The position numbers and the translations under genes were made by a program. From an uncultured Clostridia bacterium (GTDB lineage: Bacteria; Bacillota; Clostridia; Christensenellales; Borkfalkiaceae), in contig CANRFW010000001.1 in assembly GCA_947630035.1 (NCBI GenBank), positions 1 through 63,895 on the forward strand: 63,895 nucleotides of DNA, in the 5' to 3' direction. The notes under the pieces were generated by a model. That model saw nothing but the letters and a program-made list of their open reading frames with translations, made no database searches and had not been told where the DNA came from. Of the stretch, positions 7,248 to 15,865 are shown in pieces (the stretch's first letter is position 1; each line of letters starts with the position of its first letter).

Positions 7248-8996
7248 TTAACTATTCTTACTTACAAACTCGTAGAGCTTGTTGAGAAGCCCCGCGGAGA
7301 TGTTGTTGCGGAATCTTCCGAGATAGATGAACACCTTGTTGAAGAACTCCTTGTTGTTGCCGCCGATGACATAGGTCGGGAGGTAGCCGATCGGCCCGAA
7401 CTTGCCCGCGATGAACAGGTCGCCGAACTCGTTCTTCTCCTGCGGGGTGAGGCCGTTGATGAAGGGGTCGTAGGTGTACTGCACGTCCATGCCGTAGGCG
7501 GCGGGGGATTGGTACCCCGCGGGCATGGGCGCATAGGGCTGGACGGGCTGGCGGTAGGGCTGCCCGTAGGGATCGTAGGGCTGCGCCTCATACGCGGGCG
7601 CGGGATTGGGTGCGGGTGCGGGCGGTACGCCGTGCGCAAGCGCCTCCATCGAGCGCTCGAATTCGCTCATCGGCTCCTGCGGCTCCGCAACGGGCGCGGG
7701 AGCGGGAGCGGGTGCAGGTTCGGGAGCAGGGGCGGGCGCAGGCGCGGGTGCGGGTGCGGGCGCGGGTTCTTCCGCCTTCTCCTCGGCGGGCGCGGGTTCT
7801 TCCGCCTTCTCCTCCTCGGGTTCCTCCGTCTCGCCGAGCAGACCCTCTTCCTCCTTCTTCGCGTGCGCGCCTTCCTTTTTCTTACGGGCGACGCCGAGGA
7901 TGGTCGCGATCATCGCGACGAAGAACGCCGCAAAGCTCGCCGCGAGGAGCAAAATGACGGGAAGGGTCGCGAAAATGCCCCACGAGGGCGAACCGCTCAC
8001 GGGTTTCAGTGCGAGGATGAGGGCAGCCGCGGCGGAGAACAGAAGCTGCAGGATCGCGCGGACGAGGTCGAAGGGGTAGAAACGGTCGCTCGCGAGCCTC
8101 GCAGCCGAGATCGCGAGATTGATGAGAATGAAAAGCTGCGCGGGGATGAGGATGAGACGGTGGAGCAGGGTAACGGTTTCGAGACCCGAGTAAGCAAAGA
8201 TAAAGGAGGCGGCAAACTGCGTATCCTTCCCGGGGTAATAGGTACCGAAGAAGGCGAGGGCGAAGAGGACGAAGAGGACCGCATTGAGTACGCCGTATTT
8301 TTTCTTGCTTGCGATCCCCGCAACGATCAAGGCTCCCGCGAGCAAAACGAGCGTTACAAGAGAGGTAATATCAAACGCAGCCAAGAGATTGTCCGCCGTG
8401 CCGCTGTAGACTACCCCGTAAAGAAGAGAATATTGCGCACAGTAGATGGCGCCGTAGGCGAAGAGGGGAAGGGCGACCGCGGCATAGGCGCAGCGCTTTA
8501 CGTTCTCGGGCTTTTTCCCCGCGAACGCGGCGATCGCCGTGCCGACGGTGGCGATGAGGGCTGGAATGAGGAGCCAGCTCAGCCAATAGATGGCCACGAT
8601 CGACTGGTACATGAGACCGTATTCGGCGATATTGGAAAGGAGTACTTTGATGTTTGCGTACGTTTTCAGTTCCGCTGCGCCGTTTTTGAAGAGGTCCCAG
8701 AAGATATAGACGAGGTTCCCGAAATGGCTCCCGCTCCACTTGGAGGAGGTGGGGAGGGCGGGAAGGAAGGCGATCTTGGGAAGGAGTTTCCCGAGATAGC
8801 CGATGAAAAGCCCGAGGATCCCGAACACGATGCCGAAAGCGGCGAGTGCGCGCCAACCGGGGGCGACCTTTCCGGCCTCCTCCTTCTTGCCCGCATTTTC
8901 CTGTTCCGTATCCTCCTCGGAGGGTACCATGTCCGCGTTTGCGCGTTCTTCGGCGTAAGTTGCTTCGGCTTCTTCGAGTTGAACGATATCCGACAT
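7248..8996 (-). CDS. Polytopic membrane protein with an acidic N-terminus, (Pro-Ala)n linker and conserved C-terminal domain
   Basis: 582-aa ORF with many TM segments. A low-complexity PAPAPAPAPAPAPEPAPAPAPAP linker is encoded at about 7690-7800. The family was not recognised. Confidence 0.7.
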   Translation of the reverse strand: MSDIVQLEEAEATYAEERANADMVPSEEDTEQENAGKKEEAGKVAPGWRALAAFGIVFGILGLFIGYLGKLLPKIAFLPALPTSSKWSGSHFGNLVYIFWDLFKNGAAELKTYANIKVLLSNIAEYGLMYQSIVAIYWLSWLLIPALIATVGTAIAAFAGKKPENVKRCAYAAVALPLFAYGAIYCAQYSLLYGVVYSGTADNLLAAFDITSLVTLVLLAGALIVAGIASKKKYGVLNAVLFVLFALAFFGTYYPGKDTQFAASFIFAYSGLETVTLLHRLILIPAQLFILINLAISAARLASDRFYPFDLVRAILQLLFSAAAALILALKPVSGSPSWGIFATLPVILLLAASFAAFFVAMIATILGVARKKKEGAHAKKEEEGLLGETEEPEEEKAEEPAPAEEKAEEPAPAPAPAPAPAPAPEPAPAPAPAPVAEPQEPMSEFERSMEALAHGVPPAPAPNPAPAYEAQPYDPYGQPYRQPVQPYAPMPAGYQSPAAYGMDVQYTYDPFINGLTPQEKNEFGDLFIAGKFGPIGYLPTYVIGGNNKEFFNKVFIYLGRFRNNISAGLLNKLYEFVSKNS

Positions 8997-9194
8997 ATAT
9001 TTTTTGCTCCCGAGCGGTTTTCAGCCTACCATGACCGAGGTTCGCCCGATTTTTTGCACGGCTTTATTATAACACGCATACTACGCGCTGTCAACTCTTA
9101 TGCAAAAATTTCCGAAAGTTCTTTCTTATTTTTCCTTTTTTTCGCACATAACGGGCACGGAAAAGGGGAAAAATTTTGAAAAAAGAAAAAACTC

Positions 9195-9223
9195 TTGCTA
9201 TTTTCCCTCGGACATGGTATAAT
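9195..9223 (+). promoter_or_regulatory. Sigma-A type promoter (extended -10)
   Basis: TTGCTA (9195-9200), 17-nt spacer, TGgTATAAT (9215-9223). This rules out the TTG at 9195 as a start codon. Confidence 0.55.
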
Positions 9224-9266
9224 CATTTTGTCTGAAATGCGCAAAAATCATGCGCGGGAGGGAAAC

Positions 9267-10223
9267 ATGGATTCGGGAACGGGATCGGAGCTTAAACGCA
9301 TCTTCGGGGATATCCGCGAACGGACGGGCACGGAGATCTCTTTGGAGCCTTTCGGCGGCGAGCAGACGCCGTTCACTTTCGACTACGGCGGCAAGAAGCT
9401 CACGGCGTATCTGAAGGGCACGGGGGAGGCGGCGGAAGCGGGCGCGCGTCTCGCGGGGTACCTCCTCTCGAGCGGCGACCTCGGCTCGGGCGACAGGGAC
9501 AGCCGTCTCAAGAGCATCCTCCTCGGCGAGGGGGGCGCGTGGAACGCCTTCCGTTTCCTCACCAAATACAACATTGCCGATAAGCCGTGCTATGCGATTG
9601 ACCTCCGCCCCGAGCGGCATGCGGAGGAGGCCGTCCGCCATGTGGAGCGGTGCCTCGAGGGCACGGGGGACCTCGTCGTCAAGATGGACGATACCCGCCT
9701 TGCCGTCGTCAAATTCGAGGAGGAGGGGCCGTCCCCCTACGAGTTCGGCGCCTTCCTCTCCCAATCCCTCTTCGAGGAACTCGGCGTGAAGACGAGTGTG
9801 GGGGTGGGGTGCGAAATGCAGTCCTTTTCGGAGATCGCCGTATCCTATAACCAGGCGGCGACGGCGGTGCGCATGAGTGAGACCTTCCACTCCGAATGGG
9901 AAGTCCACTCCTACCGCGAGTACCTCCTCGTCCGTCTCCTCGAAGACGTGCCCGAGGCCCGTCTCAAAGATTACATGGAGCAGTTCCGCATCACGGACGC
10001 GGCGGAAGTGTTTGCCGACGAGGACATGATGGCGACGGCGGAGGCCTTCCTCGAGAGCAGTCTCAACGTCTCGGAGACTTCCCGCAATCTCTTCATGCAC
10101 CGCAATACCCTCGCCTACCGTCTCGACAAGATCGAGCGCATCACGGGGCTGAATATCCGCAAGTTCTCGGACGCGGTCACCTTCCGCGTCATCACCATTC
10201 TCTATAAACTTCTCAACCGTTAA
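9267..10223 (+). CDS. PucR/CdaR-family transcriptional regulator
   Basis: The C-terminal PucR-type HTH reads SETSRNLFMHRNTLAYRLDKIERITGLNI. The ATG at 9267 is preceded by SD GGGAGGG. Confidence 0.75.
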   Translation: MDSGTGSELKRIFGDIRERTGTEISLEPFGGEQTPFTFDYGGKKLTAYLKGTGEAAEAGARLAGYLLSSGDLGSGDRDSRLKSILLGEGGAWNAFRFLTKYNIADKPCYAIDLRPERHAEEAVRHVERCLEGTGDLVVKMDDTRLAVVKFEEEGPSPYEFGAFLSQSLFEELGVKTSVGVGCEMQSFSEIAVSYNQAATAVRMSETFHSEWEVHSYREYLLVRLLEDVPEARLKDYMEQFRITDAAEVFADEDMMATAEAFLESSLNVSETSRNLFMHRNTLAYRLDKIERITGLNIRKFSDAVTFRVITILYKLLNR

Positions 10224-10232
10224 GGAGGACCT

Positions 10233-11546
10233 ATGAAAGGACCGGACCGTCCCCATCCCAACAAAACGGCGCTGCGGGTAGGACTTGTCTTTCTCGTCAT
10301 CGCCCTCGTCGTCGGCGCCTTCCTTGCGGGCTGGTACGGGCGGTATGCCGCCATCGACCCCCGCATGCGCGGATTTTTGTGGGCGCTCGACGTCACCGAA
10401 AAGAATTACGCGGGGGACCTCGACGAGGACGCCCTCTACGAAGAGATGTTCGGGCTTCTCTCGCCCGACCCCTACTCCCGCCACTACACCGCCGCGGAGT
10501 ACAGCGAGGAGGAGAAGGCCTCGGCTGGGGAGAACGAGGGGTACGGGTTCGCCCTCTCCGCAACGGGGGAGGAGGCCGTCATCGCCCTCGTCGTCGGCAA
10601 TTCCCCTGCCATGCGCGCGGGCCTTCGTGAGGGGATGCACATTTACGCGTGGTCCTCGGGCGGAGAGACGAAGGACGTGACCTCCGTGGACGAGTTCCTC
10701 GAGGAGGTGCGCAAAAGCTCCTCCTGCACGTTTACGGCGGGGTATTCCCCCGAAGAGACAGGGGAGTATTCCGTCTCGCGGAAGGCGTACCTTGCCTCCT
10801 ATTGCCGCTATGCGGACTCGGAGGGGAGCTTCGCCTTTCTCTCGGAGAGCGGGGAGCCTGTTCTCACGGAAGTGACCGAAAGGGAGGGCGTCCTCGCGGG
10901 GGCGGACGGGAAGACCGCCTATCTCCGCCTCGACGAATTCAGCGGGAGCGCCGCGCGCGAAGTGCGGGAATGTCTCCTCAAAATGAGGGAACGAGGCAGG
11001 GAAAACCTCGTACTCGACCTCCGCTCCAACGGCGGCGGCGCCCTCGACGTCCTCGTTCCCATCGCGGCGCACCTCTCCAAAAACGCGCCCGCGCGGAATA
11101 TGCTCGTCACCATCGCCCGCTATAAGGGAGGGCAGACGGCGCGCTTCTCCGCCTCCGCGGGGGACTACGGCGCCTACTTCACTTCCTCCTCCAAGGTAAT
11201 GGTGCTGGCAGACGAGAACACCGCCTCCGCCTCCGAGTGCCTCATCGGCGCGATGATCGACTACGGCACCATAGGCTACAGCGGCATCGTCGTGCGGGAG
11301 GAGACGGGCAGAACTTACGGGAAGGGCATCATGCAGTCCTTCTTTACCAACGACGGCGCGGGCGGAGACGGCGGCGTGATGAAACTCACCGTGGCAACCG
11401 TCCATTGGCCCGTTACGGGGCGGTGCATACAGGGGGAGGGGGTCGGCGTGAAGGACGGCGCCCATGCCGTGGACGCCCCCCTCATCCGCGGCAAAGAGGA
11501 CGCCATGCTTGCCTACGCCCTCGGAAGGTTATCCTCTCCGCTTTAA
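10233..11546 (+). CDS. S41 family C-terminal processing peptidase with an N-terminal TM anchor
   Basis: 437 aa with motifs LVLDLRSNGGGAL and VLADENTASASE (Ser nucleophile region). SD AAGGAGG. Confidence 0.85.
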   Translation: MKGPDRPHPNKTALRVGLVFLVIALVVGAFLAGWYGRYAAIDPRMRGFLWALDVTEKNYAGDLDEDALYEEMFGLLSPDPYSRHYTAAEYSEEEKASAGENEGYGFALSATGEEAVIALVVGNSPAMRAGLREGMHIYAWSSGGETKDVTSVDEFLEEVRKSSSCTFTAGYSPEETGEYSVSRKAYLASYCRYADSEGSFAFLSESGEPVLTEVTEREGVLAGADGKTAYLRLDEFSGSAAREVRECLLKMRERGRENLVLDLRSNGGGALDVLVPIAAHLSKNAPARNMLVTIARYKGGQTARFSASAGDYGAYFTSSSKVMVLADENTASASECLIGAMIDYGTIGYSGIVVREETGRTYGKGIMQSFFTNDGAGGDGGVMKLTVATVHWPVTGRCIQGEGVGVKDGAHAVDAPLIRGKEDAMLAYALGRLSSPL

Positions 11547-11798
11547 GAATTCTTCGAGAACGCTCGCGTTCCCCGCTCCCTCAAAGGGGCGGGGTTTTTC
11601 TTGTCCCTCCCCCTGCGGTTTCTCGCATTTTGGGGGAATGGGGTCGGTTTTTTGCTCCTCTGCCTTAGCGGAAGAGGTAATAATGGAGATGAGTTCCCTG
11701 TTCTCGCGGTAGAAGGCGAGAAAGTTTTCGAGGGTGTGTTTGAGGTCGGAGCGCTCGTCGCTCATGAAGAGGAGGAGCGCAAAGATGAGAATTTCCAT
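11529..11798 (-). CDS. Hypothetical small protein
   Basis: 89 aa from MEILIFALLLFMSDE. Codon usage (C-ending codons) matches neighbouring genes. The 3' end overlaps the S41 gene convergently by 18 nt. Confidence 0.45.
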   Translation of the reverse strand: MEILIFALLLFMSDERSDLKHTLENFLAFYRENRELISIITSSAKAEEQKTDPIPPKCEKPQGEGQEKPRPFEGAGNASVLEEFLKRRG

Positions 11799-11861
11799 AT
11801 CCCCATCGTATGCCGCGCACGCAGCCCGCGTGTTCCGCATAGAATGGAGGGAGAGGTGACT

Positions 11862-12119
11862 ATGAGAGATTTTGCGCAGTTCGGCGGAAAGAGCGAAGAG
11901 GATTGGGCGAAAGAGGTGCAGGCGATCGCGGAGAACTACCGCGGCAAGAGCGAGAGCGAGCTTGTGCGGGCGATCTATGCCCGTGCGGAGGAGGGACGGC
12001 GGGAGGGGACGCTCACCGACGAACAGATCGATGCGTTCTACGCGCAGTTCTCCTCCCTCCTCGACGAGCCGAAGCGGCGGAGATTGAAGCGCATCGTCGA
12101 ACAGCTCAAGAAGAGCTGA
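11862..12119 (+). CDS. Hypothetical small acidic protein
   Basis: 85 aa with SD GGAGGGAGAGG before the ATG at 11862. Coding-like codon bias. The upstream part of the tracked ORF is a shadow of the minus-strand gene. Confidence 0.5.
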   Translation: MRDFAQFGGKSEEDWAKEVQAIAENYRGKSESELVRAIYARAEEGRREGTLTDEQIDAFYAQFSSLLDEPKRRRLKRIVEQLKKS

Positions 12120-13232
12120 TCACATGGCGCGGAGGGCGGCAAGGAGGGCGTCCGCTTCCCGCATGCCCTGAAAGGGGGAGAAGGAGGCGCGCACCAGCCC
12201 GTCGGGGAAGGTGCCGAGCGCCCTGTGCATGAGGGGCGCGCAGTGCAGTCCGCCCCTCACGGCGATGCCGAAGCGTTCGGAGAGAATGCCCGCCGCCTCC
12301 TCGGAGGGGATGCTCTCGTGTTCGAAGGAGACGATCCCGCACGGATTGGGGGAGAATCTCACCCGCACGCGGGGGATCGCCTGCATCGCGGAGTGGACGG
12401 CGGCCGTCACCGAGAAGAGTTTCTCCGCCCATTCGCGGCGGTGTTCCTTCACGAGGAGCGCCCCCTCGAAGAGGGAGACGACCGCGGGATAGGAGAGGGT
12501 GCCGCTCTCGAGGCGGTCGGGGTAAAAATCGGGCATGCCGAGATCGAAGCTCATGCTGCCCGTCCCCCCATAGAGAAGAGGGCGGGGCGAGACGCGCTCC
12601 GAGAAGAGGAGGGCGGCGGCGCCCTGTATCGCGCACAGCCCCTTGTGCCCCGCGAGGGCAAGCCCGTCGATGCCCGTCTTATCCATGCGGAGGGGGATGT
12701 GCCCCGCCCCCTGCGCGCCGTCCGCAAAGAGGAGAACGCGCTCGGGGAGGAGGGAGCGGATCGCGGCGAGGTCGGGGGTCTCCCCCGTCACGTTGGAGGC
12801 GGAAGTCACGACGGCCGCCCTCGTCTCCTCTCTTACGAGCGCGGCGACCGATTCGGGCAGGAGCCTTCCGTTTACGAGGGGGGCGACGTCGTACTCGATG
12901 ATCCCCGCCCGCGCGAGCGCCTCGAGGGGACGGAGGACGGAGTTGTGTTCGAGACAGGTCGTCACCACATGGTCCCCCTTGGAGAGGGTGCCGAAGAGGA
13001 GGATATTGAGTGCCTCCGTACAGCTTGCGGTGAAGACCACCCGCTCGAAGGAGGGGCAGCCGAAGAGTTCCGCAAGGAGGATGCGGCAGTCGAGGACGCG
13101 CTGCGCAAGGGCGAGGGAGAGGCGGTGCCCGCTCCTCCCGGGGTTGGCGCACGATTCGAGCGCCGCCGCAACGGCGCCCTTTACGGAGGCGGGTTTCTCG
13201 CCGCCCGTCGCGGCATTGTCGAGATAGATCAT
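12120..13232 (-). CDS. Class V aminotransferase-fold cysteine desulfurase family protein
   Basis: IYLDNAAT N-terminus, PLP-lysine region LAGHKGL, GGTGS motif. The start at 13232 is preceded by SD GGGGAGGA. Confidence 0.85.
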   Translation of the reverse strand: MIYLDNAATGGEKPASVKGAVAAALESCANPGRSGHRLSLALAQRVLDCRILLAELFGCPSFERVVFTASCTEALNILLFGTLSKGDHVVTTCLEHNSVLRPLEALARAGIIEYDVAPLVNGRLLPESVAALVREETRAAVVTSASNVTGETPDLAAIRSLLPERVLLFADGAQGAGHIPLRMDKTGIDGLALAGHKGLCAIQGAAALLFSERVSPRPLLYGGTGSMSFDLGMPDFYPDRLESGTLSYPAVVSLFEGALLVKEHRREWAEKLFSVTAAVHSAMQAIPRVRVRFSPNPCGIVSFEHESIPSEEAAGILSERFGIAVRGGLHCAPLMHRALGTFPDGLVRASFSPFQGMREADALLAALRAM

Positions 13233-13282
13233 AGCAGTCCTCCCCGAAGTCATTTCATATATACGAAGGCAGGAAAGAAAAC

Positions 13283-13525
13283 ATGACGATACTTGCGGTT
13301 TTTCGTTCCCGTGCGCAGACGCTCGCCTATGCCGCCGCGCTACGGGGGACGGGGGTGCCCGTGCAGACGGTCTCCACCCCCAAGGAGGCGGGAGTCGGCT
13401 GCGGCATCTCGGCGAAGTTCGAGGAGCAGTTCCTCCAGCGTGCGAGGAGGGCGCTCGCCGCCCGCCCGTATTCCTCTTTTTCGGGATTCATGCGGAAAAG
13501 CGGGAGCGGATTTTCTTATTTTTAG
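13283..13525 (+). CDS. DUF3343-like putative S/Se carrier protein
   Basis: 80 aa. The pattern FRSRAQTLAYAAALRGTGVPVQTVSTPKEAGVGCGISAKF matches the DUF3343 layout with a conserved Cys-Gly. It is divergent from the desulfurase gene. Confidence 0.6.
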   Translation: MTILAVFRSRAQTLAYAAALRGTGVPVQTVSTPKEAGVGCGISAKFEEQFLQRARRALAARPYSSFSGFMRKSGSGFSYF

Positions 13526-13562
13526 GGTTGCCTTTTGGGGACGCCTGTGGTAAAATAGGTGC

Positions 13563-14189
13563 ATGGATGCGAATATGCACATGCTTGAGGAACTCAAAAA
13601 GCTCTATCCCGACGCCCGCCCCGCCCTCCGTTTCCGCTCTCCCTACGAACTGCTCGTTGCGGTCATCCTCTCCGCCCAGTGTACGGACGAGCGGGTGAAC
13701 AAGGTGACGGAGGTCCTCTTCCGCGAATACAACACCCCCGGGAAGATGGTCACCCTCTCCGCGGAGGAGCTTGAAAGGTATATCTTTTCGTGCGGGTTCT
13801 ACAGGAACAAGGCGGCGCACATTCTCTCCGCCTCGCGCGATATCCTCGAAAAATTCGGGGGACAGGTCCCCGATACCCTCGAAGAGCTGCGCACCCTCGC
13901 GGGGGTGGGGCGGAAGACGGCGAACGTCGTCTATTCGGTCGCCTTCGGCGGGGACGCGATTGCCGTGGATACCCATGTCTTCCGCGTCGCCAACCGCACG
14001 GGGCTTGCCAAGGGGAACACCCCCGAAAAGGTGGAGGAGGGGCTGATGGCGGTCATTCCCAAAGAGGAGTGGTCGAAAGCGCACCACCTCCTCATCTGGC
14101 ACGGGCGGCTGGTGTGCAGATCCCAAAAGCCCGCTTGCGCCTCCTGCGCCCTTCACGAATGGTGCGAATACGCGAAAGGCAAAGCGTAA
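13563..14189 (+). CDS. nth: Endonuclease III
   Basis: The HhH-GPD region reads LAGVGRKTANVV, with ILSAQCTD. The C-terminal 4Fe-4S cluster is CRSQKPACASCALHEWC. Confidence 0.92.
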   Translation: MDANMHMLEELKKLYPDARPALRFRSPYELLVAVILSAQCTDERVNKVTEVLFREYNTPGKMVTLSAEELERYIFSCGFYRNKAAHILSASRDILEKFGGQVPDTLEELRTLAGVGRKTANVVYSVAFGGDAIAVDTHVFRVANRTGLAKGNTPEKVEEGLMAVIPKEEWSKAHHLLIWHGRLVCRSQKPACASCALHEWCEYAKGKA

Positions 14190-14242
14190 GCGGTATAAAG
14201 AGAAACTCCTTCGTCAACAATCGTGGCGAAGGAGGTTTTTTT

Positions 14243-14437
14243 ATGACCAATCTGACGGTGAAGGACCTCGACGTCCTCACACACATTCTCACGGGAGAAG
14301 AGATGGCATGCAAGAAGGCGAAGCTGTATGCGAACACGCTCACGGACGCCGCGCTCGCACAGGAGATGGAGCGGGTCGCCGCCGAACACGGGGCGCGCTT
14401 TTCGGCGCTCTACGCGGTTTTGGGAGGGAAGAAATGA
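14243..14437 (+). CDS. Small hypothetical protein co-transcribed with a CotF-like gene
   Basis: 64 aa with SD GAAGGAGG upstream. The stop overlaps the next ATG (ATGA). Confidence 0.5.
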   Translation: MTNLTVKDLDVLTHILTGEEMACKKAKLYANTLTDAALAQEMERVAAEHGARFSALYAVLGGKK

Positions 14438-14727
14438 AACAGTCGAAAAGGGATACCGCGCTCTGCGAAAAGGACGCCTTGCAGGACATGCTCGATTGCG
14501 AGAAACTTCTCATGGGTTACTACGCGGCCGCCCTCCTCGAGGGGAGCTGCAAGCCGTTGAGGAAGGAGGTTTTGAAGAATTACACCTCACAGGCGGAGAC
14601 GCAGTTCTCCGTCTTCGAACAGATGCTCTCCCGCGGGTATTACGAGGTACAGCCCGTGCAAAAGCCCATGCTCGACGGGCAGACGGAGAAGTTCTCCAAG
14701 GTACAGAAACAGCTGAAAGCGGAGTGA
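14434..14727 (+). CDS. Coat F domain spore coat protein-like
   Basis: 97 aa. EKDALQDMLDCEKLLMGYYAAALLEGSCKPLR matches the typical Coat_F helix pattern. Confidence 0.6.
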   Translation: MKQSKRDTALCEKDALQDMLDCEKLLMGYYAAALLEGSCKPLRKEVLKNYTSQAETQFSVFEQMLSRGYYEVQPVQKPMLDGQTEKFSKVQKQLKAE

Positions 14728-14735
14728 GGGAAGAG

Positions 14736-14876
14736 ATGAAAAAGAAACAGAAAGAGGGGACGGGCAAGAAGGGCGCGGGCACGAAGAACGAAGTGCATGC
14801 GAAGCCGAAGTATTGCATGATCCGCCCCGACCCGTCGCGGGAAGAGGACGGCGTGATTTCCCCGAGTAGCTCGTGA
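14736..14876 (+). CDS. Possible small basic protein
   Basis: 46 aa (MKKKQKEGTGKKGAG...) with SD GAGGGAAGAG 5 nt upstream. No family recognised. Confidence 0.25.
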   Translation: MKKKQKEGTGKKGAGTKNEVHAKPKYCMIRPDPSREEDGVISPSSS

Positions 14877-15033
14877 CGGCTCTCCGCACGGGTTTTCTCA
14901 CGCGGTTTTGCCGCCCGCCCGCGGTTGCGGGCGGGCGGCAAAACCGGTTCGGAATGACGTCCAAGGGCGTAGCCGCGTTCGCTCCGTTCATGCGCATGTC
15001 CCTTTCGCAAGGGGCAGGCTTTTCTCCGAAAAC

Positions 15034-15057
15034 AAAACCCGCCGAGCGGCGGGTTTT
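15034..15057. terminator. Bidirectional hairpin terminator
   Basis: AAAACCCGCC-gagc-GGCGGGTTTT between the plus-strand coat operon and the stop of the minus-strand NERD gene. Confidence 0.65.
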
Positions 15058-15066
15058 CGTATTCAA

Positions 15067-15864
15067 TCAATTCTTTTTCACGAATTTGCACTTGGGGTAG
15101 GAAGAGCATCGCATGCCCCCGTCGCAGCGTTCGAGGCGGCAGCCGCAGAGGGGGCACACCCCCAGCTCTATCATCCGTGTCCGCCGCTGCACGCGCGCCG
15201 CGTGTTCCTCCTTGGTGATGCCGCCCTGCGCCTCCGCGATCCCGCGCGCCACGCCGCGGATCTCCCCGCGGTCGAGCTTCCCCGCGGGGAAGGATGCGAT
15301 CGCCCCCTTGAGGAGGGGGAGGGAGAACACGAAGGGGCAGTTGAGGGAGGAGATGTCGCCGTCCGCAAACACGACGAGGGGGTACACGGGCACCGCCTTC
15401 GGGAGGATGCGGCGGATGACTTCGGCGTGCTTTCTGCTCTGCATGAGGGGATTGTAAAAGGTATGTACGTTGCCGCCGCGGGTCACGCACCGCCACTCCC
15501 GCTCCTCCTCCGAGCCGTAAACGGTGCCCGCATAGGTCTTCGTCTCGATGACGAAGACGCCGCGCTCCTCGACGAGGATATGGTCGATCTCCGCCGAGCC
15601 GTTCTCCCACGCGATGAGGTAATCCGGGAAGACGTACCGCACCCCGTCCTCGTCTTTGCCGAGCAGTTCGTTTACGGCCGATTCTCCCGCTTCGCCCCGC
15701 CTCTTTGCATAGCTTTGGGGGACGGGCCCGCCAACCGTATAGGGTACGTCGTCCGGGGGCCTTTGCCCCTTTTTCTTTGCCGCGAGGACGATAGCGAGGA
15801 CGATAGCGAGTACGCCGACGAGGACGATACTGCCGAGGACTGCGGCGAGAATGAGATACGGCAT
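15067..15864 (-). CDS. NERD domain protein with an N-terminal TM segment and a C-terminal topoisomerase-type zinc ribbon
   Basis: 265 aa. The NERD core reads GESAVNELLGK...EIDHILVEERGVFVIETKTY. The C-terminus is CPLCGCRLERCDGGMRCSSYPKCKF. Confidence 0.8.
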   Translation of the reverse strand: MPYLILAAVLGSIVLVGVLAIVLAIVLAAKKKGQRPPDDVPYTVGGPVPQSYAKRRGEAGESAVNELLGKDEDGVRYVFPDYLIAWENGSAEIDHILVEERGVFVIETKTYAGTVYGSEEEREWRCVTRGGNVHTFYNPLMQSRKHAEVIRRILPKAVPVYPLVVFADGDISSLNCPFVFSLPLLKGAIASFPAGKLDRGEIRGVARGIAEAQGGITKEEHAARVQRRTRMIELGVCPLCGCRLERCDGGMRCSSYPKCKFVKKN

Positions 15865-15865
15865 T

